Positions 48,037 through 58,290 are shown, counted from the stretch's first letter. The stretch: DNA of 64,000 nt from Thermodesulfobacteriota bacterium (GCA_964291405.2 OZ219926.1:2112001-2176000), one strand, 5' to 3'. The notes: a model not told the origin generated them from the letters alone. Made by a program: numbers and translations.

Positions 48037-48939
48037 ATGTCACCATTATTTCATCGTCTGCTTATCGTCGGGGTTGGTCTGATTGGTGGTTCACTCGGAC
48101 TGGCGGCCAAAGCGCGGGGACTGGTTGAGCAAGTGGTTGGCTTTGGTCGGACTGAAGCCAATCTAAAAATTGCGCTCGACCGCGGCCTGATTGATGCCTA
48201 TACCTTCGATCCGGCCGAGGCGGCCCAGGGAACCGACTGTGTTCTGCTTGCCGTTCCCGTCCAGGCGACTGGCCCGGCCATGCAGCAGTTTCTGCCCTAT
48301 CTCTCGCCAGGCTGTATTGTAACAGATGCCGGCAGTGTCAAAGCGCCGGTCGTTTCCACACTCGAATCGCTTGTCCCCGACTCGCTGCCGTGTGTGGCCG
48401 CCCATCCTATCGCCGGGACTGAGCATGCCGGGGCTGGAGCGGCCTTTGAAACCCTCTTTGAGGGACGCTTATGTGTCTTGACGCCGACCGACAAGACCAA
48501 TGCCGACGCCCTGGCGCGGGTCCGGGCCTTATGGGAAGGTGTTGGTATGCGCGTCGAAGAAATGGACCCTGCGATCCACGACCGTATCCTCGCCCAGGTC
48601 AGCCATCTGCCCCATCTCATTGCGTTCAGTGTGATGAATGGCCTCCTTCAGGCGTTTTCGCGCTCGACCCCGCCACAGTCGGACCAAGTCGACCCGCTTG
48701 TATATGCCGGTAGTGCGTTTGCTGACTTGACTCGGGTGGCCGCCAGTCCCGTCGAAATGTGGCGTGACATCTGTCTTGAGAATCGCGACGCCTTGCTCGC
48801 CGCGATTTCCAATTTTGAAGCCGCTCTGACACAGATGAAAGCCGCCGTGGCTGAGGGGGACGGACAAGCGCTCTCGGCGGACATTACGCGAGCCCGCCAG
48901 GAGCGTCAGCGCCTGACTCGTTTGCGCGAAAAAGAGTAA
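48037..48939 (+). CDS. tyrA: Prephenate/arogenate dehydrogenase
   Basis: GVGLIGGS, DAGSVK, HPIAGTE and SHLPH motifs. Start set at MSPLF. Confidence 0.94.
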   Translation: MSPLFHRLLIVGVGLIGGSLGLAAKARGLVEQVVGFGRTEANLKIALDRGLIDAYTFDPAEAAQGTDCVLLAVPVQATGPAMQQFLPYLSPGCIVTDAGSVKAPVVSTLESLVPDSLPCVAAHPIAGTEHAGAGAAFETLFEGRLCVLTPTDKTNADALARVRALWEGVGMRVEEMDPAIHDRILAQVSHLPHLIAFSVMNGLLQAFSRSTPPQSDQVDPLVYAGSAFADLTRVAASPVEMWRDICLENRDALLAAISNFEAALTQMKAAVAEGDGQALSADITRARQERQRLTRLREKE

Positions 48940-48985
48940 ACGTGTTCTCCACTAGACACGAGATGCTGGACACGTTTACTCTTTT
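48930..48985. repeat. Miniature inverted-repeat element, copy B (contains the tyrA stop codon)
   Basis: 16-bp arms AAAAGAGTAAACGTGT / ACACGTTTACTCTTTT; reverse complement matches 21513-21567. Confidence 0.8.
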
Positions 48986-48991
48986 GGGGAC

Positions 48992-50317
48992 ATGACACCA
49001 TCGGTGACGGTCCCTCCCGCTCCTCACGGCATACGGGGCGAAATCCGCCTGCCGGGCGATAAATCCATCAGTCACCGGGCCGTCCTGTTTGCGGCCCTAG
49101 CCACAGGAGAGAGCTGTATCCAGGGCTGTTCGCTGGGCGAGGATAATCTACGGACGATTCAGGCGATCCAATTGTTGGGAGTCGACATCACCCGACACGA
49201 CACAACGGTGATCGTGAAAAGCCGCGGCTGGGATGCTTTCCAGCCCCCGAGCAATGCGGACGCTACAATCGACTGTGGGAATTCCGGCACCACGATGCGC
49301 CTGCTGTCCGGTATTCTGGCCGGGTGTTCTTTTACCTCCCGCTTGGACGGTGATGCCTCGCTCCGGCGGCGCCCCATGGGGCGAGTCATTGAACCCCTAC
49401 AGATGATGGGTGCCACGATTGAGAATGAGGGTGGACAGCACTGCGCACCGTTACGGATTACAGGACAGAGTGGGCGCCTCACCGGTATTACGTATACGAG
49501 TTCCGTGGCAAGCGCACAGGTCAAATCCGCCATCCTTTTGGCCGGTCTGCACGCCACCGGGCGGACGACGGTTAGAGAGCCTGAACGTTCCCGCGATCAT
49601 ACGGAGCGCCTGTTACCCGCATTCGGCGGGCGGCTTGCGGTGCAGGGACGAACGGTGTCCGTTGAAGGCGGCACACCGCTGCATGCCCGGGATGTAGATG
49701 TCCCTGGTGACCTTTCTTCCGCAGCCTTTTTTATCGCGGCAGCCCTCCTACTACCTCATTCGGAGTTATGTATTCGTCAGATTGGACTCAACCCTACCCG
49801 GACGGGGATAGTGGATATCTTTCGCGCAATGGGAGCCCAGATCGAGACACACAATGCGCACAACGTCTGCGGAGAACCCGTCGGAGACCTGGTGGTCCGC
49901 TCAAGCTCCTTGCGTGGGATAACAGTTGACGGTGAGCTGATTGTCCGCGCCATTGATGAACTGCCTATGCTTGCCGTGGCGATGGCGTTTGCCCACGGCA
50001 CGTCCGTCATTCGTGGGGCCGCAGAGCTGCGCGTCAAAGAGAGTGACCGCATTCGCGCCTTGGCCATCGCCCTGGCTGCCCTCGGCGTAACGGTTGAAGA
50101 ACTGCCGGATGGGCTGGTGATCGCTGGGCAAGGCCATGTGCGAGGCGGAACGATCCACAGTCAGGGAGATCACCGCGTTGCGATGGCGTTGAGCGTAGCC
50201 GGACTCGGTTCGGACGAGGGCGTTGTTGTCCAGGAGCCGGAGTGCATTGCCATTTCCTTTCCCGGATATTACCGCCTGGTCCAAGAGGTGACCGGAGTGC
50301 GGCTAGGGACAGGCTAA
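48992..50317 (+). CDS. aroA: EPSP synthase
   Basis: PGDKSISHR, GNSGTT.R, SAQVKS, KESDR and DHR motifs. Confidence 0.97.
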   Translation: MTPSVTVPPAPHGIRGEIRLPGDKSISHRAVLFAALATGESCIQGCSLGEDNLRTIQAIQLLGVDITRHDTTVIVKSRGWDAFQPPSNADATIDCGNSGTTMRLLSGILAGCSFTSRLDGDASLRRRPMGRVIEPLQMMGATIENEGGQHCAPLRITGQSGRLTGITYTSSVASAQVKSAILLAGLHATGRTTVREPERSRDHTERLLPAFGGRLAVQGRTVSVEGGTPLHARDVDVPGDLSSAAFFIAAALLLPHSELCIRQIGLNPTRTGIVDIFRAMGAQIETHNAHNVCGEPVGDLVVRSSSLRGITVDGELIVRAIDELPMLAVAMAFAHGTSVIRGAAELRVKESDRIRALAIALAALGVTVEELPDGLVIAGQGHVRGGTIHSQGDHRVAMALSVAGLGSDEGVVVQEPECIAISFPGYYRLVQEVTGVRLGTG

Positions 50318-51021
50318 TGGCGGAGACGAAGAAGGGTCTGATCATCGCCATCGATGGTCCGGCTGGTGCAGGCAAGAGTACAGTCAGTCGTCTTTTGGCC
50401 GAACGGCTCGGCTATCGCTATATTGATACCGGAGCCCTCTACCGGACTATTGGTTTACTCGCGTGGGAACAAGGTGTGAGTCCGGACGACGGCGAGCGCC
50501 TCGCGGCCTTATGTGACGCGGCGGATATTACGCTCTCGGACACGCGTGTGCTTTTGGACGATCGGGATATTACGGAGGATATTCGTCGCCCGGAAATGAG
50601 TCAGATGGCCTCAGAGGTTTCGGCTCAGCCGCAGGTCCGCCGCGCCCTCCTCGGGCTACAACGTCGGCTCGGAGGGACCGGCGCGGCCATTCTTGAGGGG
50701 CGCGACATCGGGACGGTTGTTTTTCCGGATGCGGATATCAAAATATTTCTTGACGCCTCGATCGAAGAACGAGGACGACGGCGTTATGCCGAGCTGCAAC
50801 AACGGGGAGAGACCAATGTTTCGCTTGCGCAGACCCTGCGAGAGATGGCGGAACGAGACCACCGGGACAGCGAACGTGCCCATGCTCCACTCCGACCCGC
50901 GGCTGATGCTATACGCATCGATACCACCGCACTAACCCAAGCGGACGTAGTTGACAGCATGGCCGAATTAGTCCATGCCCATGCAAGTATTGAAAGCAAA
51001 AAGGAAAAGCCGGGTTCGTAG
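50317..51021 (+). CDS. cmk: Cytidylate kinase
   Basis: IDGPAGAGKST, DTGALYR and EGRDIGTVVFPDA motifs. ATG overlaps the aroA TAA. Confidence 0.97.
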   Translation: MAETKKGLIIAIDGPAGAGKSTVSRLLAERLGYRYIDTGALYRTIGLLAWEQGVSPDDGERLAALCDAADITLSDTRVLLDDRDITEDIRRPEMSQMASEVSAQPQVRRALLGLQRRLGGTGAAILEGRDIGTVVFPDADIKIFLDASIEERGRRRYAELQQRGETNVSLAQTLREMAERDHRDSERAHAPLRPAADAIRIDTTALTQADVVDSMAELVHAHASIESKKEKPGS

Positions 51022-51093
51022 CTCTTGCAACCTCGCCACGAGGAGAGTATGCAAAGGCGATGTACGGGAGCTTCGTAGGGGGTAAACCATAAC

Positions 51094-52974
51094 ATGGAAC
51101 ATAACGAACAGCCCAACGCTGAAGAAACGACGCCAACGCAGAGCGAGGCCACCACCCAAGAGCAGACCCAGGCAGGGAACGTTGACACTGAGAGCCAGGC
51201 AGCAGACGAGAGCCCGTCGGCAGAGACAACGGGCACCGGCAGCGAGACTGCGCCCGCAGCACCAGCCCAGCCGGGCAAAGGTGTTGGGGAAGACTTCGGT
51301 CAGATGTTTGAAGAAAGCATGCGCTCGGTTCAACCGGGGGAGATCGTCCGTGGCCGGGTGGTGAACATCGGACCAGAATTTGTCACGATTGATATTGGCT
51401 ATAAATCGGAAGGACATATTCCGCTGGCTGAATTTCGCCAACGTGACGGGCAGCTCACGGTCAGTGAGGGAGATGAAATCGAGGTTTATTTTGACTCGGC
51501 TGACTCTGAGCAAGAGGGGATTGTTTTATCCCGAGCGAAAGCAGAGCAATTCCGTATTTGGCGAGACATTGAGGAGGCGTTCAACAACCACACGCCCGTC
51601 AATGGTTCCATTGTCGGCAAGGTGAAAGGCGGACTGCGCGTCGACATTGGCGTGGCTGCGTTTTTACCGGGCTCTCATGTTGACATTCGCCCCATCCGCG
51701 ACCTGGATCAATTCCTGGGGAAAACAGGTAAATTTGCCATCCTCAAATACAATCGGGCCCGCTCCAACGTGGTCGTATCACGCCGGGCAGTGCTGGAGCA
51801 GGAACGCGCCGCGCTCCGGGAAGAGACGCTGAAGGTGCTCGATGAAGGGGTCATCCTTGAGGGCACCGTCAAAAATATTACGGATTACGGGGCCTTTGTT
51901 GATCTGGGGGGGCTGGATGGCCTCCTGCACATCACCGATATGTCCTGGGGACGGATCGGTCACCCGTCTGAGATGATTAAAGCCGGGGAGACGATTAAGG
52001 TCGTCGTACTCAAGTTTGACGCGGAAAAGGAACGCGTGTCACTGGGCTTGAAACAACTCGTCCCCGATCCGTGGGGGTCGGTCGCAGAACGCTACCTGCC
52101 CGGCAGTCGGGTACAGGGCAAAGTCGTGAGCCTGGCCGATTACGGGGCTTTTGTGGAACTGGAGCAGGGAGTGGAAGGCCTGTTGCACGTCTCCGAAATG
52201 TCGTGGACAAAGCGGATTTCTCACCCTTCTAAACTGCTCTCCGTTGGCGATCAGGTCGAAATCGTGGTTCTCGACCTTGACCCCGCTCACCGTCGCATAT
52301 CTCTAGGGCTCAAGCAGGTCTCGCCGAACCCGTGGGAGACGGTGCGGGCGACCCACCCGGTGGGCAGCCGCATCCACGGTAAAGTCAAAAGTATTACCGA
52401 TTTTGGTGTCTTTATTGAGGTCGAGGAAGGGATTGACGGCTTGGCGCATATCTCGGACCTGCATTGGACCCGGAAGATTAAGCACCCCTCGGAGCTGTTT
52501 AAAAAAGGTGACGAGGTGGACGCCGTTATTCTCGGTATCGATGTGGAAAACGAGCGTATTTCGCTCGGGATTAAACAATCGGTCGCCGATCCCTGGGTCA
52601 CCCTGCAACAAGAACATCCGGTGGGGAGTCGGATCAACGGCAAAGTCACGAGTGTGACCGACTTCGGTGTCTTTGTCGAAGTGGCCGACGGTATTGAAGG
52701 GTTGATTCACATTTCTCAGCTCTCAACGGAGCGAGTCGAGAAGCCCTCGTCGCTGTTTGAGGTCGGCAATCTGGTTGAGGCCGAGGTGATCCATATTGAT
52801 CCCCGTGAACACAAAATGGGACTGAGCGTGAAGGCCTTACGCCGCAGTGAAGAGCGAGAGGAAATGGAGGCCTACCTCAAGCGCGAGCGAGAAGGAGCGC
52901 GCTTCTCTTTTGAGGATATCTTGGGAGAAGAGTTGCGTCTCGACCGGGATGACGGAGATCCACAGAAATCATAA
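51094..52974 (+). CDS. rpsA: 30S ribosomal protein S1
   Basis: Six S1 repeats (e.g. TDYGAFVDLGG.DGLLHI); acidic N-terminal extension. Confidence 0.97.
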   Translation: MEHNEQPNAEETTPTQSEATTQEQTQAGNVDTESQAADESPSAETTGTGSETAPAAPAQPGKGVGEDFGQMFEESMRSVQPGEIVRGRVVNIGPEFVTIDIGYKSEGHIPLAEFRQRDGQLTVSEGDEIEVYFDSADSEQEGIVLSRAKAEQFRIWRDIEEAFNNHTPVNGSIVGKVKGGLRVDIGVAAFLPGSHVDIRPIRDLDQFLGKTGKFAILKYNRARSNVVVSRRAVLEQERAALREETLKVLDEGVILEGTVKNITDYGAFVDLGGLDGLLHITDMSWGRIGHPSEMIKAGETIKVVVLKFDAEKERVSLGLKQLVPDPWGSVAERYLPGSRVQGKVVSLADYGAFVELEQGVEGLLHVSEMSWTKRISHPSKLLSVGDQVEIVVLDLDPAHRRISLGLKQVSPNPWETVRATHPVGSRIHGKVKSITDFGVFIEVEEGIDGLAHISDLHWTRKIKHPSELFKKGDEVDAVILGIDVENERISLGIKQSVADPWVTLQQEHPVGSRINGKVTSVTDFGVFVEVADGIEGLIHISQLSTERVEKPSSLFEVGNLVEAEVIHIDPREHKMGLSVKALRRSEEREEMEAYLKREREGARFSFEDILGEELRLDRDDGDPQKS

Positions 52975-52998
52975 GGCTTGCTGATGGGGGATGGGAAC

Positions 52999-53343
52999 GT
53001 GACCAAAAGAGACCTGATCGAGGAAGTCGCCCAGCGCTATCCTCGTTTTTCACGACGGGATGCCGAGGTCATGGTCAATACGGTATTCGACAGTATGACC
53101 AAGGCCCTGGCACGGACGGAACGGATTGAAATCCGCGGATTCGGCAGTTTTATTGTCAAACAGCGCCCGGCGCGGGAAGGTCGGAACCCGAGAACTGGGG
53201 AGGTCGTCGCAGTTGCGGCCAAAAAAGTGCCACTCTTTAAGGTCGGGAAAGAGTTACGCCTCCGCGTTGACGGTCAGCCTCTTGCGGCAGCCGAACCCGA
53301 GACGGAGACCAAGCCTGAAACAGATACGGGCAGATTAGACTGA
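52999..53343 (+). CDS. ihfB: Integration host factor beta
   Basis: TKRDLI, IEIRGFGSF and GRNPRTG motifs; follows rpsA. Confidence 0.93.
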   Translation: MTKRDLIEEVAQRYPRFSRRDAEVMVNTVFDSMTKALARTERIEIRGFGSFIVKQRPAREGRNPRTGEVVAVAAKKVPLFKVGKELRLRVDGQPLAAAEPETETKPETDTGRLD

Positions 53344-53483
53344 GGCGCGTAACGTATCCGACCAGGGTCGTTCCCGCCTATCCGACCCAACCCCGCTGAC
53401 GGGCAGGTGGCTGAGCCCTATTCCAGATAGTGCAGCTTGATACACAACGGATGGGAATATTCTGAATAAAGGCAGGCAGGATT

Positions 53484-54911
53484 GTGCAACAGACGACTCC
53501 AATTGAAACGCTCCGTCGTGAAGTCCAGACGGTTGGTGACCTCAAGAAAATAGACTATCAGGTTCTTCCTGTGCGAGAAGAGATGCGGGCGAATTTGATC
53601 CGTATGCTCGCCGCGAGGGAAAAATTGCTCCCCGGTATTATCGGCTATGACGAGACCGTGATTCCGGAGATTGAAAATGCGGTGCTGGCCGGGCATCATA
53701 TCGTTTTTCTGGGTGAACGCGGGCAGGCGAAATCGCGGGTGATCCGGGGCTTGACCGACCTGCTGGACGACTATGTGCCAACCATCCGCGATAGTGAGAT
53801 TCCGGAGAATCCCCTGGCCCCCATCTCTCCGCAAGCCCGCCGCTTAGCCGCAGAACGCGGAGAGGCGCTTGAAATCCACTGGCTGTCACGTGACGAGCGC
53901 TATGCCGAGAAGCTGGCCACGCCCGATGTGTCCGTTGCCGACCTCATCGGCGAGGTGGACCCGATTAAAGTGGCCGAAGGGCGCTATCTAGCCGACGAGG
54001 AGACTATCCACTACGGCCTGATCCCTCGAACGAACCGCGGCATTTTCGCGGTCAACGAATTGCCCGACCTGACCGAAAAAGTACAGGTTGGCCTGTTCAA
54101 TCTGATGGAAGAACAGGACTTTCAGGTCAAGGGCTTCAAGGTCCGACTGCCGCTCGATGTAATTATTGTGGCGAGTGCGAACCCCGAGGACTATACCAGC
54201 CGGGGACGCATTATCACACCACTGAAAGATCGTTTTGATGTGCAGATTCGTACCCACTATCCGCGCTCGATTGAGGAAGAGATCTCAATTATGGAGCAGG
54301 AAGCGGTCCAGTTTGATCACGACGGCCTGGAGTTTCATACTCCACCGTTCATGAAGGAGATCTGCGCCCAGCTCACCATGGAAGCCCGGAATTCCAATGA
54401 AATCAATCAGTCGTCCGGGGTGAGCGTGCGCATGACGATTAACAATTTTGAAAGCGTGATCAGCAATGCGGAGAAGCGGGCCGTGCGCCTGGGCGAGAGC
54501 GAAGTTGTGCCGCGCATCAGCGACCTGTACGCACTCTATCCCTCGACCGCGGGCAAGATCGAGCTGGAATACATGGGCGAAGAGCAGAAAGATGGAGACC
54601 TGATTGAGCGTCTGGTCAATCGCGCCGTCCAGAAAGTCTTCGACAAATACATGCGGGTCGAAAGTTTACAGCCGGTCATCGACCATTTCGCGAACGGCGG
54701 GGGCGTTGAAATTTCGGATATGATGCCGTCTCAACAATACGCGGAGGGCATCCAAAATATTCAAGGGCTCCAGGAGAGCTTGGCCGCATTAGGGGTTGAT
54801 GGCCAGCCGAGCTTCATCTCCACGGCCACCGAATTCATCCTGGAAGGCCTGCATCTGCATCAGAAGCTCAACAAAGAGCGCCAGGGCGGCCGCCAGACCT
54901 ATCGCGCCTAG
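53484..54911 (+). CDS. Mg-chelatase-like AAA+ ATPase (Rv0958-like)
   Basis: GERGQAKS, NELPDL and ANPEDYT.RGRIITPLKDRF motifs. Confidence 0.88.
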   Translation: MQQTTPIETLRREVQTVGDLKKIDYQVLPVREEMRANLIRMLAAREKLLPGIIGYDETVIPEIENAVLAGHHIVFLGERGQAKSRVIRGLTDLLDDYVPTIRDSEIPENPLAPISPQARRLAAERGEALEIHWLSRDERYAEKLATPDVSVADLIGEVDPIKVAEGRYLADEETIHYGLIPRTNRGIFAVNELPDLTEKVQVGLFNLMEEQDFQVKGFKVRLPLDVIIVASANPEDYTSRGRIITPLKDRFDVQIRTHYPRSIEEEISIMEQEAVQFDHDGLEFHTPPFMKEICAQLTMEARNSNEINQSSGVSVRMTINNFESVISNAEKRAVRLGESEVVPRISDLYALYPSTAGKIELEYMGEEQKDGDLIERLVNRAVQKVFDKYMRVESLQPVIDHFANGGGVEISDMMPSQQYAEGIQNIQGLQESLAALGVDGQPSFISTATEFILEGLHLHQKLNKERQGGRQTYRA

Positions 54912-54954
54912 CCGCTGTCTCCGGCGATGTGCCGACCCGTGAGAAAGCGCACCC

Positions 54955-55030
54955 GTGGTGCTGACCGAAGCCGACACCTGCCGCACCTTCGTCGTGCCCA
55001 AACTCCAGGCCGCCGGCTGGGACACGCCCG
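54955..55030 (+). pseudogene. hsdR: 5' stub of a type I restriction enzyme R subunit (EcoAI/EcoEI-like)
   Basis: Manual translation gives VLTEADTCRTFVVPKLQAAGWDTP, then unrelated sequence. Confidence 0.7.
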
Positions 55031-55189
55031 CTGCTCCATGGCACTTGAGCCCAACATCTGGACTGCGTATGCTCTCCTTAAAGTCCGGGGAGGATTGACA
55101 ACGAAAACAAGGGATGTCGGCGGTTCAATAAGCGATTGATTTTATTGAGTTTGGGTTGGAGACCCCTCCTATATTTTTCCGAGAACCCC
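55030..55189 (-). mobile_element. Probable insertion sequence end (IS5/IS1182-like), transposase lost
   Basis: Minus strand begins TTAA|GGGGTTCTCGGAAAAA, then an AT-rich promoter-like tract, RBS AAGGAG and ATG TTG GGC that abuts the hsdR stub. Confidence 0.35.
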
Positions 55190-55339
55190 TTAAAATAAAA
55201 CTGGGTTTTATATTTGATTCGCCCATTTGACAATCCAAAGGCATCCAAGGGACAGATATCTACCTCATCTCACTCCAACGGATAGCAGCTCTGTTATTTG
55301 TGTGGATTCCGCTGAGCGGCGAGGTAGGTTTGCCTCGGC

Positions 55340-55750
55340 CTAGCGGCCCCCCACGTCTGGCGAGCGCTGATTCCTGGGAATGTGTATCACACGTCCCAGG
55401 ATAGGATTTCTTGCGAGCTGAACACCTGCACTCCAGAACGCCCCGTTGGTTCGTGCTAGGTCAGTCTCTTCACAAGCTCCCTCACGCATTGCTTGTTCGT
55501 CCTTGGCCCTGAATTGGTCAAGGTCCGTGTATTCGGTCAGGCCCTCTCTGCTATGTACTTCTCGCAACGCTTCGCAGGTCTCAGCGTTGGGGGTCTTTAC
55601 CTCAAACGGGAGGCCGCGCTGCAAGGCTACCTGCCGATAGAACAAGGTGATGGCTTCGGTTGATGAGGGCCCGAGCCTTGAGAAGACTTCTTCAGCCTCC
55701 TGCTTCAAGTCCGGTTCTACGTGGGCACAGATCATTTCAGTCTTGGCCAT
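55340..55750 (-). CDS. RelB/DinJ family antitoxin, orphan and possibly decaying
   Basis: MAKTEMI.A.VEPDLKQEAE.VF..LG....AITLFY.QV....GLPFEVK.PN.ET. Reads through about 50 extra residues; no toxin gene follows. Confidence 0.8.
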   Translation of the reverse strand: MAKTEMICAHVEPDLKQEAEEVFSRLGPSSTEAITLFYRQVALQRGLPFEVKTPNAETCEALREVHSREGLTEYTDLDQFRAKDEQAMREGACEETDLARTNGAFWSAGVQLARNPILGRVIHIPRNQRSPDVGGR

Positions 55751-55801
55751 ACGGCCTCTCCTTTGGCCATCCTGTGTCACGATTGGGAAGCGCTTCAATA
55801 A

Positions 55802-56443
55802 TTACTTTTTCAACTGATAGCTCACGTTGGTTTTATTGCTGCTGACAATAACGACGCCACGCTTGACCAGTTCGTCTATAAGAGCGTCGAGCTCGCTCTC
55901 TCCTAAGCTCTTGGAAAACAGCGCGTTGATCGAATTGGAAAGAGTTTTCAATTTTCTGGGTCTTGCATTGCCTCGGGCAATCAAGAAATCAACAATTTTC
56001 CGAAGGCGCTCTTCTTGTGGCGCTGAACTCACAGGTTTTGAACCTTGAGCGGATGCTTTTTTTGCTTTTGCAGGCTTTGGAAGAGGTATCTCACTAATGG
56101 CCTTATGCCGGTGTACTCGAATGTTCTTTGATTCAAGATGCTTAATCAGCGGGTCGAAGCCTTTATCTTTTGAAATGATGTGGAAATGAGAATCGCTGTT
56201 TTCTGCGGAAAACTGGCCAATGTAAAACGCAATATGAAAATCAAGGGCGTTTGGTCCGTTGCCCTGAATTTTGATGTACTCGGCGTTTTTCCCTAAATGC
56301 TGAACCGCGGATACGAGGTCAAATGATATCTTTGACTGGTTCTGACCTACGAAGACAAGAACCTTGAAGTTCTGCCCGGCTAAAACACTCAGGTGTTCCG
56401 GCTGTATATTTTCCAGGTCAATCAAGACGTAATTCATATTCAC
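55802..56443 (-). CDS. PIN-like nuclease (PIN7 / NYN-like) with C-terminal helical domain
   Basis: LIDLENIQP, NALDFHIAFYIG and ISKDKGFDPL motifs; visibly AT-richer than the flanks. Confidence 0.85.
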   Translation of the reverse strand: MNMNYVLIDLENIQPEHLSVLAGQNFKVLVFVGQNQSKISFDLVSAVQHLGKNAEYIKIQGNGPNALDFHIAFYIGQFSAENSDSHFHIISKDKGFDPLIKHLESKNIRVHRHKAISEIPLPKPAKAKKASAQGSKPVSSAPQEERLRKIVDFLIARGNARPRKLKTLSNSINALFSKSLGESELDALIDELVKRGVVIVSSNKTNVSYQLKK

Positions 56444-56498
56444 ACTTTCTCCTTTGTAGTCCTTCTACCGATAAGCGGCCTTGACACACTCATGAGCG

Positions 56499-57116
56499 CT
56501 ACGATCCGGCCGACCGGACCGACGCTGGTAGCGAGCGGCACTGTGCGGCGCGCTCCTCGCCGATCAGGTTGACGACCCACCCAACATAATGATCGGGGAC
56601 ACGCATCCGGCCCTGATACAACGCATTGAAGACAGCATCGGCGAGTGTGTCACGTGTCAGGATTCTCTGGACGTCATCCTGCGTAAAAATATCCACCGTG
56701 CAGCCTGTCGAAAGCTCTCCGAATCGCTCGGCGCAAATCCGAATGGCTTTGCGTTCGTCTATGAGGGCTGTCGCGCCGTGCTCCAGTGCGTAGGCGATGG
56801 TCGCCGCTTCACCGTCATCAAGGGTTTGGTTGGCAGGGCCGGATACGAGACTGATGAAATGCTGTGTCCCGGCGTCTCCGAGCCTGACAAGCTCCACACT
56901 TCCCTGAGCTACCAGCGCGGAGAGTGCCTCCGCATCGTTGCGTCCGGTTCTGCTATCGACCTCAAGCTCAAAAGAAACTTCCTCAACAACAAGAAATTGG
57001 TTGGGCAAGGCATCCAGAATCGCTGCCGAGTATCCGGTTGCATTCAGGTTAATAACGACGCTCGTGTCAGCAACAACGGGCAACGTAGAATCAGTGAGGC
57101 AGCTTCGACATTCCAT
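56499..57116 (-). CDS. PIN-domain protein (DUF3368-like)
   Basis: VADTSVVIN, LDDGEAATIA and LIDERKA motifs; overlaps the upstream XRE gene. Confidence 0.82.
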   Translation of the reverse strand: MECRSCLTDSTLPVVADTSVVINLNATGYSAAILDALPNQFLVVEEVSFELEVDSRTGRNDAEALSALVAQGSVELVRLGDAGTQHFISLVSGPANQTLDDGEAATIAYALEHGATALIDERKAIRICAERFGELSTGCTVDIFTQDDVQRILTRDTLADAVFNALYQGRMRVPDHYVGWVVNLIGEERAAQCRSLPASVRSAGS

Positions 57117-58290
57117 CCGCCTCAACCTCCTCGGTTTCCACGTCGTCTAGAATCTCACGCAGTTCAACCCGACTCAGGCGTAAAAGACGAGCGAGTTGGC
57201 CCTCGCTGAGCAGACCTTTCCGCCAGGCTTCCGCAGCCAGCAGATTCAGGCGGAGCGTCGTGGGACGCTCCGCTTCCATTTTACCCGTATCAACGGCAGC
57301 CAGGTCGCCAAGAACCTGACGAGCCTGCTCGTCCGTGATTCCGCCATTGGCTTGGAACCAATCCCAGGTCCCCGGTTTGGTCAGGCCAAGCTCTTCAAGC
57401 CGCCGGACCATTGCCTCACGCGAGATGCCGAAGGTGTGGGCGAGCAGGATGACATGCCGGCGGGTGAGGTAGGATGCACCCGCAGTGAGGTCCCGGAATC
57501 TGTGCCCAACCGTATGAGCTGGCGTCAGGAAGGCACGGGCAAAGGCATGAGCGTAACGTTCTTCGCGCGAGCTTTCCCGTTCATTGAAATGCAGAACATC
57601 GGGCTTTTTACGACTTGCGCTGAAATGCCCGAGTTCATGCCCTCCGGTCTGGGTTCGGCGTTCGTGCGGATGGTTGGCGTTGAGCAGCATGCATGCGCCG
57701 ATTTCCTCGTCATAGGCGAACAAGCCCGATACCTGAGAGTCGAGCGGCCTCACGTAGACGCGCACGCCGAGGTCCAATTCAAGCAGGCTCACCAAGTCGC
57801 GGACCGGCGCCAATCCCAATCCGAGCCAATGCCGCAGTTCGGTCGCATTGGTTTCAGCCTGGGCGTGGACATCGCCTGGCATGAGCGGCCGTTCTGGAGG
57901 ATCATTTCGAGGGCGCGTGATACCGAGCGTATTTTCAAGCTCCACCTCAGCCTGAACAAGGTCCGTCAGTAGCCGGGCCGCGTTATCGGTAGCGTGGTCG
58001 CTGACCGTGCTGAGCTTGCGGAAGCGAGGGACGAGGTCAATAGATACTGACTCGTGGCGGAGCAGGGCGTTGACCGACGTGCGATACCGACGTGCCAGCT
58101 TTTGGAGTTCGTCCGCGCGAATCCGACGCTGCCCCTTCTCTATGGCGACCAGCGTCGTGCGCGCGATATCAATGCTGGACGCTGCATCGGCCTGAGTCAG
58201 GCCAGCCGTTTCACGTGCGACACGCAAGCGTGCCCCTACATTAGGAGCAGGCAGTTCTTGTTCGAGACTTGCCAAGGGATTGTTGTTCAT
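57091..58290 (-). CDS. XRE HTH - ImmA/IrrE Zn metallopeptidase fusion
   Basis: N-terminal HTH (LTQADAA..IARTTLVAIEKGQR), HELGH, EERYAHAFA. Confidence 0.92.
   Translation of the reverse strand: MNNNPLASLEQELPAPNVGARLRVARETAGLTQADAASSIDIARTTLVAIEKGQRRIRADELQKLARRYRTSVNALLRHESVSIDLVPRFRKLSTVSDHATDNAARLLTDLVQAEVELENTLGITRPRNDPPERPLMPGDVHAQAETNATELRHWLGLGLAPVRDLVSLLELDLGVRVYVRPLDSQVSGLFAYDEEIGACMLLNANHPHERRTQTGGHELGHFSASRKKPDVLHFNERESSREERYAHAFARAFLTPAHTVGHRFRDLTAGASYLTRRHVILLAHTFGISREAMVRRLEELGLTKPGTWDWFQANGGITDEQARQVLGDLAAVDTGKMEAERPTTLRLNLLAAEAWRKGLLSEGQLARLLRLSRVELREILDDVETEEVEADGMSKLPH

Noticed and set aside
51094-51290. Long acidic, low-complexity N-terminal extension of RpsA
   Set aside because: Disordered S1 extensions are common and carry no distinct signal.
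53484-54911. Magnesium chelatase implying chlorophyll or cobalamin synthesis
   Set aside because: The sequence fits the Rv0958-like AAA/VWA chaperone type, and no tetrapyrrole genes are nearby.
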